Shown in pieces: positions 37,883 through 46,729 of a stretch of DNA of 64,000 nucleotides (the stretch's first letter is position 1; each line of letters starts with the position of its first letter). The notes under the pieces are model-generated. The model did no database searches. It saw only the letters and a list, made by a program, of their open reading frames with translations, and was not told the DNA's origin. The stretch comes from Deltaproteobacteria bacterium (GTDB taxonomy: Bacteria > Myxococcota_A > UBA9042 > PHBI01): NCBI GenBank assembly GCA_006226565.1, contig SBGO01000356.1, forward strand, positions 748 through 64,747. The letters run 5' to 3'. The position numbers and the translations under genes were made by a program.

Positions 37883-38089
37883 ACCCAGGGTAGAACATCA
37901 TCGTCTCTGCGCGTCAAGAGCTTGGTGGATGCGGGATCCAACGCGGTCTGCGGTGCGTGCCGTGGATGGCGATGCCCTCCACCACCAGGGGCAGCTCCGC
38001 CCAGTCCTCATCGGCCTTCAGCTCCGCCGCAGTCATCATCCACCTCCGGTTCCTACGGACGTGGAAACGTCTCGTACGGCGTTGCGCCG

Positions 38090-39130
38090 TCACACGGGGC
38101 GCGGCGATGACATACGTCGAAGGCGCTCCACCGAAGGGCCAGAGAATTGGTCATTCTCGTACCAAAGGACTCCAAACCCCCGATCGTCGAGCAGGTAGTC
38201 GACCAGCCACTGCAGAGATGGCTTCGCGGAGAGCACGACCCACAACGATGCAGAAACATCGTAAAGGTACCGGTATTCGTGCAGTTGACTCACAGCATGG
38301 CGGATCTGCGCCAACTCATTCTTTTCGTGAATGCTCTTCACCTCGAAGAACGCAATCCCGTCGCCGAGCATGCAGAATGTGTCGACGAGACGGTCTTCAG
38401 CCGGCGCGTGGCCAAGACCATGCAGATAATCCTTGAGGCGCTTCACAGTTTCTTCGTGAATCTCATTCCCGCGTTCACGCAACGCCCTGGCGGCGACCGA
38501 CACGATGTAGGGGTCGTCGTCGTCTTGCTCCTTCTGCCCGGTCGAACGGTTGTGCCCAAGACGCAAGGGTCGAAGCACGAGTCGTTTCGACCGATTGGCT
38601 GGTCTGTCGCCAGGCGCGTCCGCTCCATCGCGACTTGGCTCGTCTGCTCCGTCTTCTTCCAGACGGACGGCACCGTCGGGGAGATGGGGACCCGCCCCGC
38701 TCGGAACCCGGTGAGGATCACGAACGCGACCTTCGTCAATCAGCTTCTGGAATCGAAGTCGCCAGCGGCGAGCATTCTTCCCGCCGACGTTTCTGAGGGC
38801 AACAACGACCTTATCTTCGAGACCTTCATACTCGAAGAGGCGATGGGTGTGTTTGATGAAGTTTGCCCAGTCTCTGCGCTCGAAGAGCTCGACGAGAAGC
38901 TCCTGAGGATCCACACCTAGTTCGCTAGCCCAGGCTTCTCCGTAGTGCTTGATGCTCGAGAGAATCGTAACGATTTCACCATTTGCGCGGAGTCGCGCCA
39001 CAGCATCCGAAAGCTGGAGCCTGACTCCTGATGGTGGTATCGACGAACGACTCGCAAGCGCAAGCGCCTTCTTGAGGTGGTTCTCCTCAAGCAACTCCAA
39101 CACTCTCACTCGGATTTCGTCGCCTGTCAT
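38090..39130 (-). CDS. Hypothetical protein with C-terminal PD-(D/E)XK nuclease-like domain
   Basis: HEETV..L...L, VDTF...FFEVKS, QIRHAVSQLHEYRY. Confidence 0.65.
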   Translation of the reverse strand: MTGDEIRVRVLELLEENHLKKALALASRSSIPPSGVRLQLSDAVARLRANGEIVTILSSIKHYGEAWASELGVDPQELLVELFERRDWANFIKHTHRLFEYEGLEDKVVVALRNVGGKNARRWRLRFQKLIDEGRVRDPHRVPSGAGPHLPDGAVRLEEDGADEPSRDGADAPGDRPANRSKRLVLRPLRLGHNRSTGQKEQDDDDPYIVSVAARALRERGNEIHEETVKRLKDYLHGLGHAPAEDRLVDTFCMLGDGIAFFEVKSIHEKNELAQIRHAVSQLHEYRYLYDVSASLWVVLSAKPSLQWLVDYLLDDRGFGVLWYENDQFSGPSVERLRRMSSPRPV

Positions 39131-39309
39131 AGCGGCCCCACAGCGTCTTGACGGCCAGACTAGAGAACGCCACGGGAAGTAGCAACCATGTCCATCGCGT
39201 GCAAGATGGAACGGGCTGGCGAAGCCCCGCAAGTAGTTACACCTGCTACCTTTCCGCCCGGTGGTGCCATGACGAACGGCGGTGACGGCGTTCGCGCGGT
39301 GCCGGGGGC

Positions 39310-39486
39310 CACGACAACGCCCTGGCAGAGACCACCGCCGGCTTCTACGAGGCTGAACTCATCCGCAAGAGGAGCCCCAGGGAGAGCGTCGAGGCCGTCG
39401 AGTCGGCGACCATCGACTGGGTCCACTGGTTCAACTGCACAGGCTGATGGAGCCTCTCGGGTATGTTCCCCCGGCTGAGTGCTACT
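39310..39486 (+). pseudogene. IS3-family transposase C-terminal remnant
   Basis: DNALAETTAGFYEAELI...VEAVESATIDWVHWFN/..LMEPLGYVPPAE matches the IS3 integrase-core end, with a frameshift. Confidence 0.8.
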
Positions 39487-39682
39487 TGCTGTCCCCGGTG
39501 TCAAACTCGTCGAACCTGAGGTACTTCGCGGCGTCGGCCGCGAGGAGCAGGATCTCGGCGACCTCTTCGTCGGTCATCTCATCCGGGGGCGCGTCGGTCG
39601 CGGGCCCGCGGCCGCAGACTCGGCAGACGCCGTCCGTGGTCGTGGTCAGGCGATCGAGTCTCTTGCGGTCAGCGCTTCGCAT
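39482..39682 (-). CDS. Small hypothetical protein (CxxC) of the element backbone
   Basis: GGAGG RBS before ATG 39682; CRVC motif; overlaps the upstream ORF. Confidence 0.5.
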   Translation of the reverse strand: MRSADRKRLDRLTTTTDGVCRVCGRGPATDAPPDEMTDEEVAEILLLAADAAKYLRFDEFDTGDSK

Positions 39683-39971
39683 GGGGTCCTCCAGCGGTTG
39701 TCGTATCTCGGCTCTCGAGTGCGGCCTCCAGGGCGTCGAGGCGGTCGGCGATCTCGGCGATGTCATGTGCGCGCAAGGCGACGGAGGCGAGTTGGCCGAC
39801 GCAGTTCGCGATCTTGTGGCTCAGCTTGCCGGCCAGCACGTAGCGCGCCATGCGGTGCAGCGACACAGCGACGAGCTTCGGATCGTCCAGGCGGATGCCT
39901 CGCAACTGGCCGGCCGAGAGCACGCGCTCGTCGAGGGGGGGAGGGGGCTCGGGTTTCTCGCGTTGATTCAT
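39669..39971 (-). CDS. Small hypothetical protein of the element backbone
   Basis: GGAGG RBS; C-terminal coiled-coil EIADRLDALE. Confidence 0.6.
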   Translation of the reverse strand: MNQREKPEPPPPLDERVLSAGQLRGIRLDDPKLVAVSLHRMARYVLAGKLSHKIANCVGQLASVALRAHDIAEIADRLDALEAALESRDTTTAGGPHAKR

Positions 39972-40014
39972 GGGCTTGTCATCCTCCGGGCGGCCGGTTT
40001 TCGACCGACTACAG

Positions 40015-40371
40015 TCACCGAGAGCTCCGTGCGACGTACGCGTCGAGGTCGCCTCCGCGGACGCGGATGCTGTTGCTGACGCGCACGCTCGGGAGGTCGC
40101 CGTCCTTCACGAGGCGGTAGACCGTCGCCCGGGAGACCTTGAGCCGATTTGCGACCTCGGCGACGGTCAGGAGGCTCCGTGCTCGGTCATGGACGACGCG
40201 GAGGCCCGACGCATGGGCCGCTCCTGCCCGCCGGCGTGTCTCCAAATGGTCTCCAAAACCGTTCCCACGAGTCGGGAGATCTGGGACGGACTGGGATCTG
40301 CGGCCTCGCTCAACCTGTTGATTTCGCACGATCTGGGACAGGCTGGGACGGGCTGGTGATGGCGTTGAAGC
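40015..40371 (-). CDS. Orphan integrase C-terminal extension with excisionase-like HTH (in frame with int only after excision)
   Basis: In frame with the att-core codons LVRGTGFEPVAFGSGG; ends LLTVAEVANRLKVSRATVYRLVKDGDLPSVRV..SIRV; no internal ATG. Confidence 0.8.
   Translation of the reverse strand, partial: ASTPSPARPSLSQIVRNQQVERGRRSQSVPDLPTRGNGFGDHLETRRRAGAAHASGLRVVHDRARSLLTVAEVANRLKVSRATVYRLVKDGDLPSVRVSNSIRVRGGDLDAYVARSSR
40311..40323 (-). promoter_or_regulatory. IHF consensus site next to attR
   Basis: Reverse strand AATCAACAGGTTG matches WATCAANNNNTTR exactly, ~50 bp from the att core. Confidence 0.6.
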
Positions 40372-40419
40372 GCCTCCGGAGCCGAAGGCCACAGGTTCGA
40401 ATCCTGTACCGCGCACCAA
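40372..40419 (+). repeat. attR core (duplicated tRNA-Arg 3' half)
   Basis: Identical to 5120-5167. Confidence 0.97.
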
Positions 40420-40454
40420 GAAGCCGGCCCGACCAAGCGTCGAGCCGGCTTCTT
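40418..40454. terminator. Hairpin after attR (probable former tRNA terminator, possibly bidirectional)
   Basis: AAGAAGCCGGC...GCCGGCTTCTT inverted repeat. Confidence 0.7.
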
Positions 40455-40501
40455 CCGTTTGGGGCCGCTCGGAGCCAGCGGTTCTGCAATCGCCTGCGGA
40501 G

Positions 40502-41104
40502 CTACCTCGGCAGGCCCGCGGGAAGGTGTAGGGCCGCGAGCACCTCGGTCACGATGGCGTCCGGGGGCAGCTGGCCGTCGACCGGGAGGAAGCGCCCGGC
40601 CACGGAAAGAGGCGCGCGGCTCTGGTACTCGGCGAGGAGGCGGGTATCGGCGCGTTCGTCCAGCGTTTCGCGGTCGGCCGACGAGATTCCCCGCTGGGCG
40701 AGGCGCGCACGTCGAACGGGCAGCGGAACGTCGAGGAACACGGTCAGGTCCGCCGGGTGAAGGTGACGCCCGACGGCATCGAGCTCGAGCACCGTGCCGC
40801 GGAAGGCCGCGTACGCCTGCGTAGACAAGAAGTATCGGTCCACCACGACCGACCGGCCGGCGCTCACGAGGCTGGCGACTTGTGTCGAGGCGTCGAACAC
40901 CGTGGAGAGGTAGAAGAGCTGCGCCGCCTCCTGGTTGCCGGCGAAGCTCGCGATGAGGTCGTCGCGATAGGCGCGTACGGCGGGCGAGGGCGTGGTCAGG
41001 AAGACGGCGTCGAGCTGGTCGGCCACGAGCTGGGCGCAGGTGCTCTTGCCCGAGCCGTCGAGACCCTCAAATACGACGAAGACAGGGGGATGAGTTCCGT
41101 TCAT
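40502..41104 (-). CDS. Thymidylate-kinase-fold nucleotide kinase (CMPK2-like)
   Basis: FEGLDGSGKST P-loop, VVDRYFLST, PADLTVFLDV; ATGA overlap with the radical SAM gene. Confidence 0.88.
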   Translation of the reverse strand: MNGTHPPVFVVFEGLDGSGKSTCAQLVADQLDAVFLTTPSPAVRAYRDDLIASFAGNQEAAQLFYLSTVFDASTQVASLVSAGRSVVVDRYFLSTQAYAAFRGTVLELDAVGRHLHPADLTVFLDVPLPVRRARLAQRGISSADRETLDERADTRLLAEYQSRAPLSVAGRFLPVDGQLPPDAIVTEVLAALHLPAGLPR

Positions 41105-42444
41105 GCGACCTCCTTTTCGGGGTCCGGTTGGAAGCGAGAGATGGAAGGCTCGAGCCCCTCGGCGAGCCGTTTGAGGTCGCCGAGAGAGGCCGGATGGCGC
41201 CCTTCCGTGACCTTGAGCGCCTCCGAGAGCTGCGCCATCGCGCGCCACGCGGCGTAGTCGAAGGTCTTGGAGGACACGACCATCGGCATGTCGCCGCCGG
41301 AGTCGCGGAGCCCCCAGCGGCTGCGGTCGCGGTCCACCGCGGTCCCGCGGAGCAGCAAGAGTGGGAAGGCCTTGATGACGGGAACCCGCCGCTCGAGGCA
41401 CCAGCTCACGCTCGCCTCGAAGGACGCCAGGGTCTGCTCCGGGAGCCCGAAGATGAGGGAGACCTCGTGGGGCAGGTCGTGCCGTCGAACCTCCGACAAC
41501 GCGCGGTCGACCCCGGGCAGATTGTTGTTGCGGTGGATAGCGCGGCTCTCCGTCAGGTGAATCGTCTGCAGGCCGAGCTCGAGGCGGACATTCAAGCGCG
41601 CCGCGGCGTCGAGGAACGGTGGAGTGATTGCCTCCGCTCGGCACTGCAGCGACAGGCGTCCCGCGAACCCGCGCGCACCGAACCGCTCGAGGACGGCCGT
41701 GGCGTGCGGGGCCATGTTGAAGATGGGGTCGAGGACGGCGATGTCGTCGACCCCGTGGTCGCAGAAGAGGTCGATCTCGGCCTCGATGCGCGAAAGGGCG
41801 AGCTCACGGCTGCGGAGGCGCGCTCCGGCCTCCTTGTGCTGACAGAAGGAGCATCGGAAGGGGCATCCACGCTGGGTCTCCCAGCGGACGAACTTCTGGC
41901 CCGTGAGCGGGATGAGCCCCGTGAGCCACGGAGAGGACAGGCACTCGAGGTCTACGTCGGCGCGGGAGGTCGTGTCCCGCGACCCAGCCCAGTGAACCCC
42001 CGCGATTCGCTGCCGGTCGGGCGACCGGACAATCGCTCGTAGCGCCTCCTCACCGTACCCGCGCACGAAGGCGTCGGCCTCCGGGTAGAGGGCCTCGAGG
42101 CCGGGGCCAGCGTAGGACACCTGCGGCCCGCCGAGGATGATGCGACCACCGAAGCCGCGCCGCCGGAGCTCGGCGAGCGTTCCGCGCAGCAGAGATTCGT
42201 TCCAGACGTAGGCCCCGAAGGCGACGTCGATGTCCGCAGCGCGAAGCGCTCCGGCTTCCGCTTGGATGAGGTCGGCGAGCACGTCAGGGCGACCGCCACG
42301 TCCGTTCACCGGAGCCACCACGCTCCGCACGTCGATGTCGGGCTCCGCGGCGAGCGTCGCGACGATGGAGGCGTGTCCGAGGGGCACGCGCGGGTCCTTG
42401 TCGCGGCTCCAGTTCATCGCCACGACGACGACTCGACGCGTCAT
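41101..42444 (-). CDS. B12-binding-domain radical SAM protein
   Basis: AFGAYVWNE, IILGGP, FVRGYGE, ETQRGCPFRCSFC, LGLQT, LIFGLP.QT; GGAGGT RBS. Confidence 0.92.
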   Translation of the reverse strand: MTRRVVVVAMNWSRDKDPRVPLGHASIVATLAAEPDIDVRSVVAPVNGRGGRPDVLADLIQAEAGALRAADIDVAFGAYVWNESLLRGTLAELRRRGFGGRIILGGPQVSYAGPGLEALYPEADAFVRGYGEEALRAIVRSPDRQRIAGVHWAGSRDTTSRADVDLECLSSPWLTGLIPLTGQKFVRWETQRGCPFRCSFCQHKEAGARLRSRELALSRIEAEIDLFCDHGVDDIAVLDPIFNMAPHATAVLERFGARGFAGRLSLQCRAEAITPPFLDAAARLNVRLELGLQTIHLTESRAIHRNNNLPGVDRALSEVRRHDLPHEVSLIFGLPEQTLASFEASVSWCLERRVPVIKAFPLLLLRGTAVDRDRSRWGLRDSGGDMPMVVSSKTFDYAAWRAMAQLSEALKVTEGRHPASLGDLKRLAEGLEPSISRFQPDPEKEVA

Positions 42445-42712
42445 CGACCACCTCCGCGAGGCCCGCAGGCCGTCGCGCGCCTGCGAGGTTCCACGTTCGA
42501 GCTGACCGTCGTGCCCTGCTCCATGCTCCACCTCCGCGTGTGTGGAGGAGACGGCGGCGGCCGCGCCAAGCGGACAGTGTTTCGTCCGGCGCGCATCAAA
42601 CTGGCTGGTCGGTGCGCCGATGGGACGAAGCTGGCCTACGAGCTGGCTCGACGGCTTGTGGGCCTCGGGGCCCCGGTGTAGCGTCGCATCGGACGGAGAC
42701 ACGAGGCCGCAG

Positions 42713-43435
42713 GTGAACCGGACAGCCCGAGACGAGGTGTTGCGCATCCTCCAGTCGCAGCTCGCCTGGTTGGAGGCCAGCTGCAGGAAGCGGATGGGCG
42801 CCGACCGCTGGGCGGACGTCTACCAGAGCGTGCTCGTCGGCTTCCTCGAGCGCCTGGAGCGCGGCTGGTTCGAGCAGGCTCCGACGGTCAGTCGCGAGGC
42901 CCAGGTCCGCAACCTCTTGAACAACCTTCTCCGCAACAAGGGCGACTGGCGCCGGCAGGAGGCGGCGAAGGACGAGCTCGACGAAGGGCGGCACGCCGTC
43001 GACGCCGAGAGCCCCGAGCAAGTCGCGACGCGGAGGGACGCCTGGCGCCGGCTCCAGTCGCTGCCGGACGAGGTACGAAAGCACACGAACGCGACACGAG
43101 CCATCTGCGTGTTGACCCACTACACGCCAGAGGCCGTGACGACGAAGGACCTCGAATCTGCAGCGGCGCACACGGCGGGCGGTGCGCGCATGCCGACGCG
43201 GCCCGTGACGGAGGCCCGTGAGCTCCTCGATGAGGCCCTCCCTCGGTACGACGAGGGCCTACCGGATGCGGACTGGAAGCGCGTCGTCGCGGAGATCCTC
43301 CGCGGGACCGGCCCGATGGGGAGCACCGCCGCGGACGAGCTCGCGAAGTTCGTGGACTCCTACTCGCGCACCCTCCGGCGCGGGCTCAAGGACCTCGCCG
43401 AGACCCTCTCCGCGGACCCGGAGGACTGGTCATGA
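42713..43435 (+). CDS. Possible divergent ECF sigma-70-like factor
   Basis: ADVYQSVLVGFLE (region-2-like D..Q), NLLRN..D.RR, ESPEQ....D....L..LP, C-terminal SRTLRRGLKDL; start uncertain. Confidence 0.45.
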   Translation: MNRTARDEVLRILQSQLAWLEASCRKRMGADRWADVYQSVLVGFLERLERGWFEQAPTVSREAQVRNLLNNLLRNKGDWRRQEAAKDELDEGRHAVDAESPEQVATRRDAWRRLQSLPDEVRKHTNATRAICVLTHYTPEAVTTKDLESAAAHTAGGARMPTRPVTEARELLDEALPRYDEGLPDADWKRVVAEILRGTGPMGSTAADELAKFVDSYSRTLRRGLKDLAETLSADPEDWS

Positions 43436-44001
43436 GCGGTCGTGGTGAGCTGCGATTCGTGCCCATGTTCTCCGATCCGCGACGAGGCAGCGCAGGGCTC
43501 ATCTACCACACTGTGAAGCACTTCCTGTCGGACGAGGAGCGCTGGCACGAGCTCCAGCCCCGCGACGCCGCTCGTCCGGAGCCGACGATAGAGCGCCTCG
43601 TCGCGGCTGGAGCGCGCCGCGCGTCGCTCGCGCTGAAGGACCCCGAAGAGGCACGAGAAGATTGGTGGAAGGCGCCGTTTCGTGGCGCCTTGGAGCACGC
43701 GCACGAGCATGGGTACAAGCCCCGCTACCTGCGTCTGGCTCGACGGGCCGGTGACCCCGCGTCCAGTGCGTCCAAGTGGCGGCGCGAGGCGCAGGGGAAG
43801 CTCCTCGCGGAAGTCGATGGCTACAAGGTCTGCCTCGGCCGTGACCATCTCGTGCTGAGCGCCTATCGCAGCTACGTCACCCCAGAGGGCTCTCACGAGC
43901 CGCTCAGGGAAAATCCCTTCGCGAACAGTCCGGTTCTGAAGCGAATCGCGTCTTCACTGCTGGATGGAGCGTCGCGCTCCAACACGGAAGGTGCCCCATG
44001 A
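43432..44001 (+). CDS. Hypothetical protein
   Basis: ATGA overlaps on both sides; GGAGG RBS; contains HTVKH. Confidence 0.7.
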   Translation: MSGRGELRFVPMFSDPRRGSAGLIYHTVKHFLSDEERWHELQPRDAARPEPTIERLVAAGARRASLALKDPEEAREDWWKAPFRGALEHAHEHGYKPRYLRLARRAGDPASSASKWRREAQGKLLAEVDGYKVCLGRDHLVLSAYRSYVTPEGSHEPLRENPFANSPVLKRIASSLLDGASRSNTEGAP

Positions 44002-45029
44002 CCGCTGACATCGTCGAGCGAGCCCGGCTTCTCGGACAGGAGCTCGCCGACGCGGCCGGAGACCTGGAGAGGACGGGTTCCGCGCGAGCCGCCGTCGTCC
44101 TGTTGGATCGTCGCCGACGCTGCGCGCGCTACCCGGCCGAGATCCTCGAGGCCGCCGGGCTCACGGAGGCGGTCCTGCTCGCGAGCGAGCTCTCGCCAGC
44201 GAGCCTCGCGGAGATGGGGCGCCTGGCCGCGGAGTCCCTCGACCTGTCTGGGCTCGTCAATCGCTTCGCGCGCGTCGCGGACGGCGCGCTCGACACCCCG
44301 ACCGATTGCGGGCTGGACTTGTTGCTCGTGGCGGAGCTCGCAGACGATCTCCCGCTTCGAGCGCGAACGGAATGCTACACGACCGTCAGCGATTCCCTGT
44401 CGTGGGTCGACTCACATCCCCATCGCTTCCTGACCCTCCCGGAGCTGGCGTCCGACCGGTGTGACCTCGAGCTCGCCGACCAGGGCGGCGAGCTCGTCGT
44501 TCGCGTGCTCGATGCATTCTCGAACGTCGCCGCCTCCGCCATCGAGGTTCGAGAGATCGAAGACCTGGCCGCACGCGACGGCGTCTCGAACGGGGCGCAG
44601 GCGATGTTCGACGCGTTGGTCTCGCGTCCAAGGACGCGCCCCGCGCTGGCCAAGTGGGCCGATTTCCTGCGGGACCGCTGCGCCGATCTCGCGGGGTGGC
44701 TCGGGAGCCTCGCCGACGCCCCGGAGCCGGCCCTCGCCGACGACGGCGCCGAGGGGCCACTCCTGCCGCCCGCCGTCCTCTACTCGGGCGCCGAATTCGA
44801 GGTGCTCCTCGCATACGATGCGGGCAGGCTCCGTATCGAGCTGCACGGGGAACGGGTCGCCCTGCCATACCGCGTCAGGCTCGATGACGCGCAGCTGGCC
44901 AGGCTGCCGTTGACCGAGGACGTCCCGGGGCTGCGAGCGGCGTGGGAGCTTCCGGCCACGCCGCCCGCGGGCTGGACGCACCTGTGGCTCGAGTCGGACG
45001 ACGGCGTGACCGACATCGCGATGCCTTGA
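43998..45029 (+). CDS. Hypothetical protein (helical N-terminus, linker PALADD, beta-rich C-terminus)
   Basis: Translationally coupled ORF within the operon. Confidence 0.7.
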   Translation: MTADIVERARLLGQELADAAGDLERTGSARAAVVLLDRRRRCARYPAEILEAAGLTEAVLLASELSPASLAEMGRLAAESLDLSGLVNRFARVADGALDTPTDCGLDLLLVAELADDLPLRARTECYTTVSDSLSWVDSHPHRFLTLPELASDRCDLELADQGGELVVRVLDAFSNVAASAIEVREIEDLAARDGVSNGAQAMFDALVSRPRTRPALAKWADFLRDRCADLAGWLGSLADAPEPALADDGAEGPLLPPAVLYSGAEFEVLLAYDAGRLRIELHGERVALPYRVRLDDAQLARLPLTEDVPGLRAAWELPATPPAGWTHLWLESDDGVTDIAMP

Positions 45030-45030
45030 G

Positions 45031-46689
45031 ATGGCCAGCCTCGCCCACATTGCCTCGTTGTGGCGCTACGCGCCCGGCAGCTATCGGCGGAGTCTTCCGG
45101 ATTCGCCGGCCGCGCGGGCGCGAGCGGCGGTGCAGGCCCCCTTGCTCGACACCCGCGCCGCCGTGGGCGCGGCCTGGTTCCCGGCCGTCTACGAGGGCGA
45201 CGAGAGCGGGCGACTTCCGGGCTTCCTGGTCAGGGTGCGCGCCGGGCTCGACCTGCCTGGGCAGACGGTGACGGAGCCAAGCTGGAGCAGCATCCTCGCT
45301 TGGGTCGCGGGGCTCGCAGGAGTCGGTCCCGAGACGTTCCCGTCCGGGTTGAGGCTGGTCCTCGACCCGCCACCGCCGACCCCCATCAGGGGGCCATCGC
45401 TCGAGCTCGCCGGTGCGGCCGCCGTCATCTCGCTCTTGACGGGGCGAATGCCCGCAGAGGCGCCGATTGCTTCGGCGAAGCTCAGTCCGGACGGGGGCGA
45501 CGCCATCGCCGCGATTCACAACGCGGAGCTCAAGCGCGAGATCATCCGACGAGAGGCGCCGTCGTGCGCTGCGCCCCTCGTGGCCGGGCGCGACGGACGT
45601 GCCGCCGCCTGGTTGGCCGGCCTCTTCGGCGCGGACTGGCGGGATGCGCTGATTCGAGCGTGCGAGCGGACCCCCGAGTCCCTCGTGCGCGAGGCCTGGC
45701 GGGCGCACAACGCTCGCAACCACGGGCCGGCGGTTCGGCTGGCGACGGCCGCGCTCGACACGACCCGCGGGGTGCATCGCGCGCTCGCGCTGTGGATCGT
45801 GGGCGCGGATGACCTCCATCGTGGTCAGGCCGGTCAGGGGCTGCAGCGACTCGTCGAGGCGCGCGAGCTCCTCGCGGTGCCCTCGGACGAGGAGGTCGCC
45901 GAGCATGACGTGCTCCTCGAGGAGCACCTCGCGGCGCACCTCGGAATCGGGCTCCTCGACAACCTCCGGATACGCTCGGCGATCGACGTTCTCGGGGCCG
46001 CCCTCGAGCGGCTGGCAGACTCGCAGGTCCGCCACGGACGGCGCTGGCGGAGCGTCGGGACGCAGGTCGCAGGCAGCCTGTGTCGCGCCCTCCGCGTTGC
46101 GGGTGAATTCGAGCGCGCCGCGACGACGCTCGAAGCGTGGAGCCTGGGCCGGGCCGCGCTTCCCGAGGAGCGCGCCCGGTCACTCCAGGGCCTGGCGGCC
46201 ATCCAGCTCGCGTCCGGGCGCCGCGAAAGGGCCGTCGAGACGCTCGAAGCTGCCCGGCGGGCGCTGCCGGACGCCATGCCGGACGAGCGGCTGTCGACCG
46301 CCGGCTACATTCGCCTCACCCGCATCCGGGCCGGCGTCGACGCGGTCGAGCCCTGCGAGGGCCTTCCGCCGGCGCCCGACTGGCGGCATCCGCTGAAGAC
46401 GCTCGAGACGCTCGAGCGGCTGGCCCGCTCCGACGCCGAGCTCGTCTCGCAGTGGTTCGAGCGCCACGTCGTCGCGTCACGGTCCGAGGTGACGCCGCCG
46501 GTCCTCATGCTCTTCCTCCGCCTGCTGGCAGCCCATGCCGGCGCTCCGGCCCTCGGCGCGACGACGCGTGAGCTCATCCGGGGCCTGCGAGCCGTGCCCG
46601 GCGGAGAGCTCGACGGCGCCCCGAACGACGCGCTCAGCGCGCTCGAGGGCGGAATCGGCGCTCCCTGGCTCGCCCTCTGTCCGTACTGA
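45031..46689 (+). CDS. Lon-type (S16) protease domain + TPR-like helical repeats
   Basis: IRGPSLELA.A.AVISLLTG with Lys 45 residues downstream (NAELKRE), then TPR-like helices. Confidence 0.7.
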   Translation: MASLAHIASLWRYAPGSYRRSLPDSPAARARAAVQAPLLDTRAAVGAAWFPAVYEGDESGRLPGFLVRVRAGLDLPGQTVTEPSWSSILAWVAGLAGVGPETFPSGLRLVLDPPPPTPIRGPSLELAGAAAVISLLTGRMPAEAPIASAKLSPDGGDAIAAIHNAELKREIIRREAPSCAAPLVAGRDGRAAAWLAGLFGADWRDALIRACERTPESLVREAWRAHNARNHGPAVRLATAALDTTRGVHRALALWIVGADDLHRGQAGQGLQRLVEARELLAVPSDEEVAEHDVLLEEHLAAHLGIGLLDNLRIRSAIDVLGAALERLADSQVRHGRRWRSVGTQVAGSLCRALRVAGEFERAATTLEAWSLGRAALPEERARSLQGLAAIQLASGRRERAVETLEAARRALPDAMPDERLSTAGYIRLTRIRAGVDAVEPCEGLPPAPDWRHPLKTLETLERLARSDAELVSQWFERHVVASRSEVTPPVLMLFLRLLAAHAGAPALGATTRELIRGLRAVPGGELDGAPNDALSALEGGIGAPWLALCPY

Positions 46690-46729
46690 TCGGGCACCCG
46701 CGTCTGCCTCCACAGCAAGGAGGCGTCAC

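Larger units (their letters stand above)
5120..40419. mobile_element. tRNA-Arg-integrated genomic island (satellite/IME-like defence island), ~35.25 kb excisable circle
   Basis: Flanking 48-bp repeats, tyrosine integrase, HTH/Xis genes, primase + DUF927 helicase, defence cargo, and visibly more AT-rich sequence than the flanks. Confidence 0.95.

Noticed and set aside
40372..40419. Second tRNA gene
   Set aside because: Only the 3' half is present, with no D arm or 5' acceptor strand; it is attR.
40015..40419. Standalone 134-aa gene starting at TTG 40419
   Set aside because: The 'start' is the first codon of the att core, next to a terminator hairpin and without an evident RBS. It is better explained as the integrase extension.
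5120..40419. Intact prophage or conjugative ICE
   Set aside because: No recognisable structural, lysis, relaxase or T4SS genes.
41101..42444. Radical SAM gene as a prokaryotic viperin
   Set aside because: It has an N-terminal B12-binding domain and an ETQRGCPFRCSFC context, not the viperin CNYxCxFC architecture.
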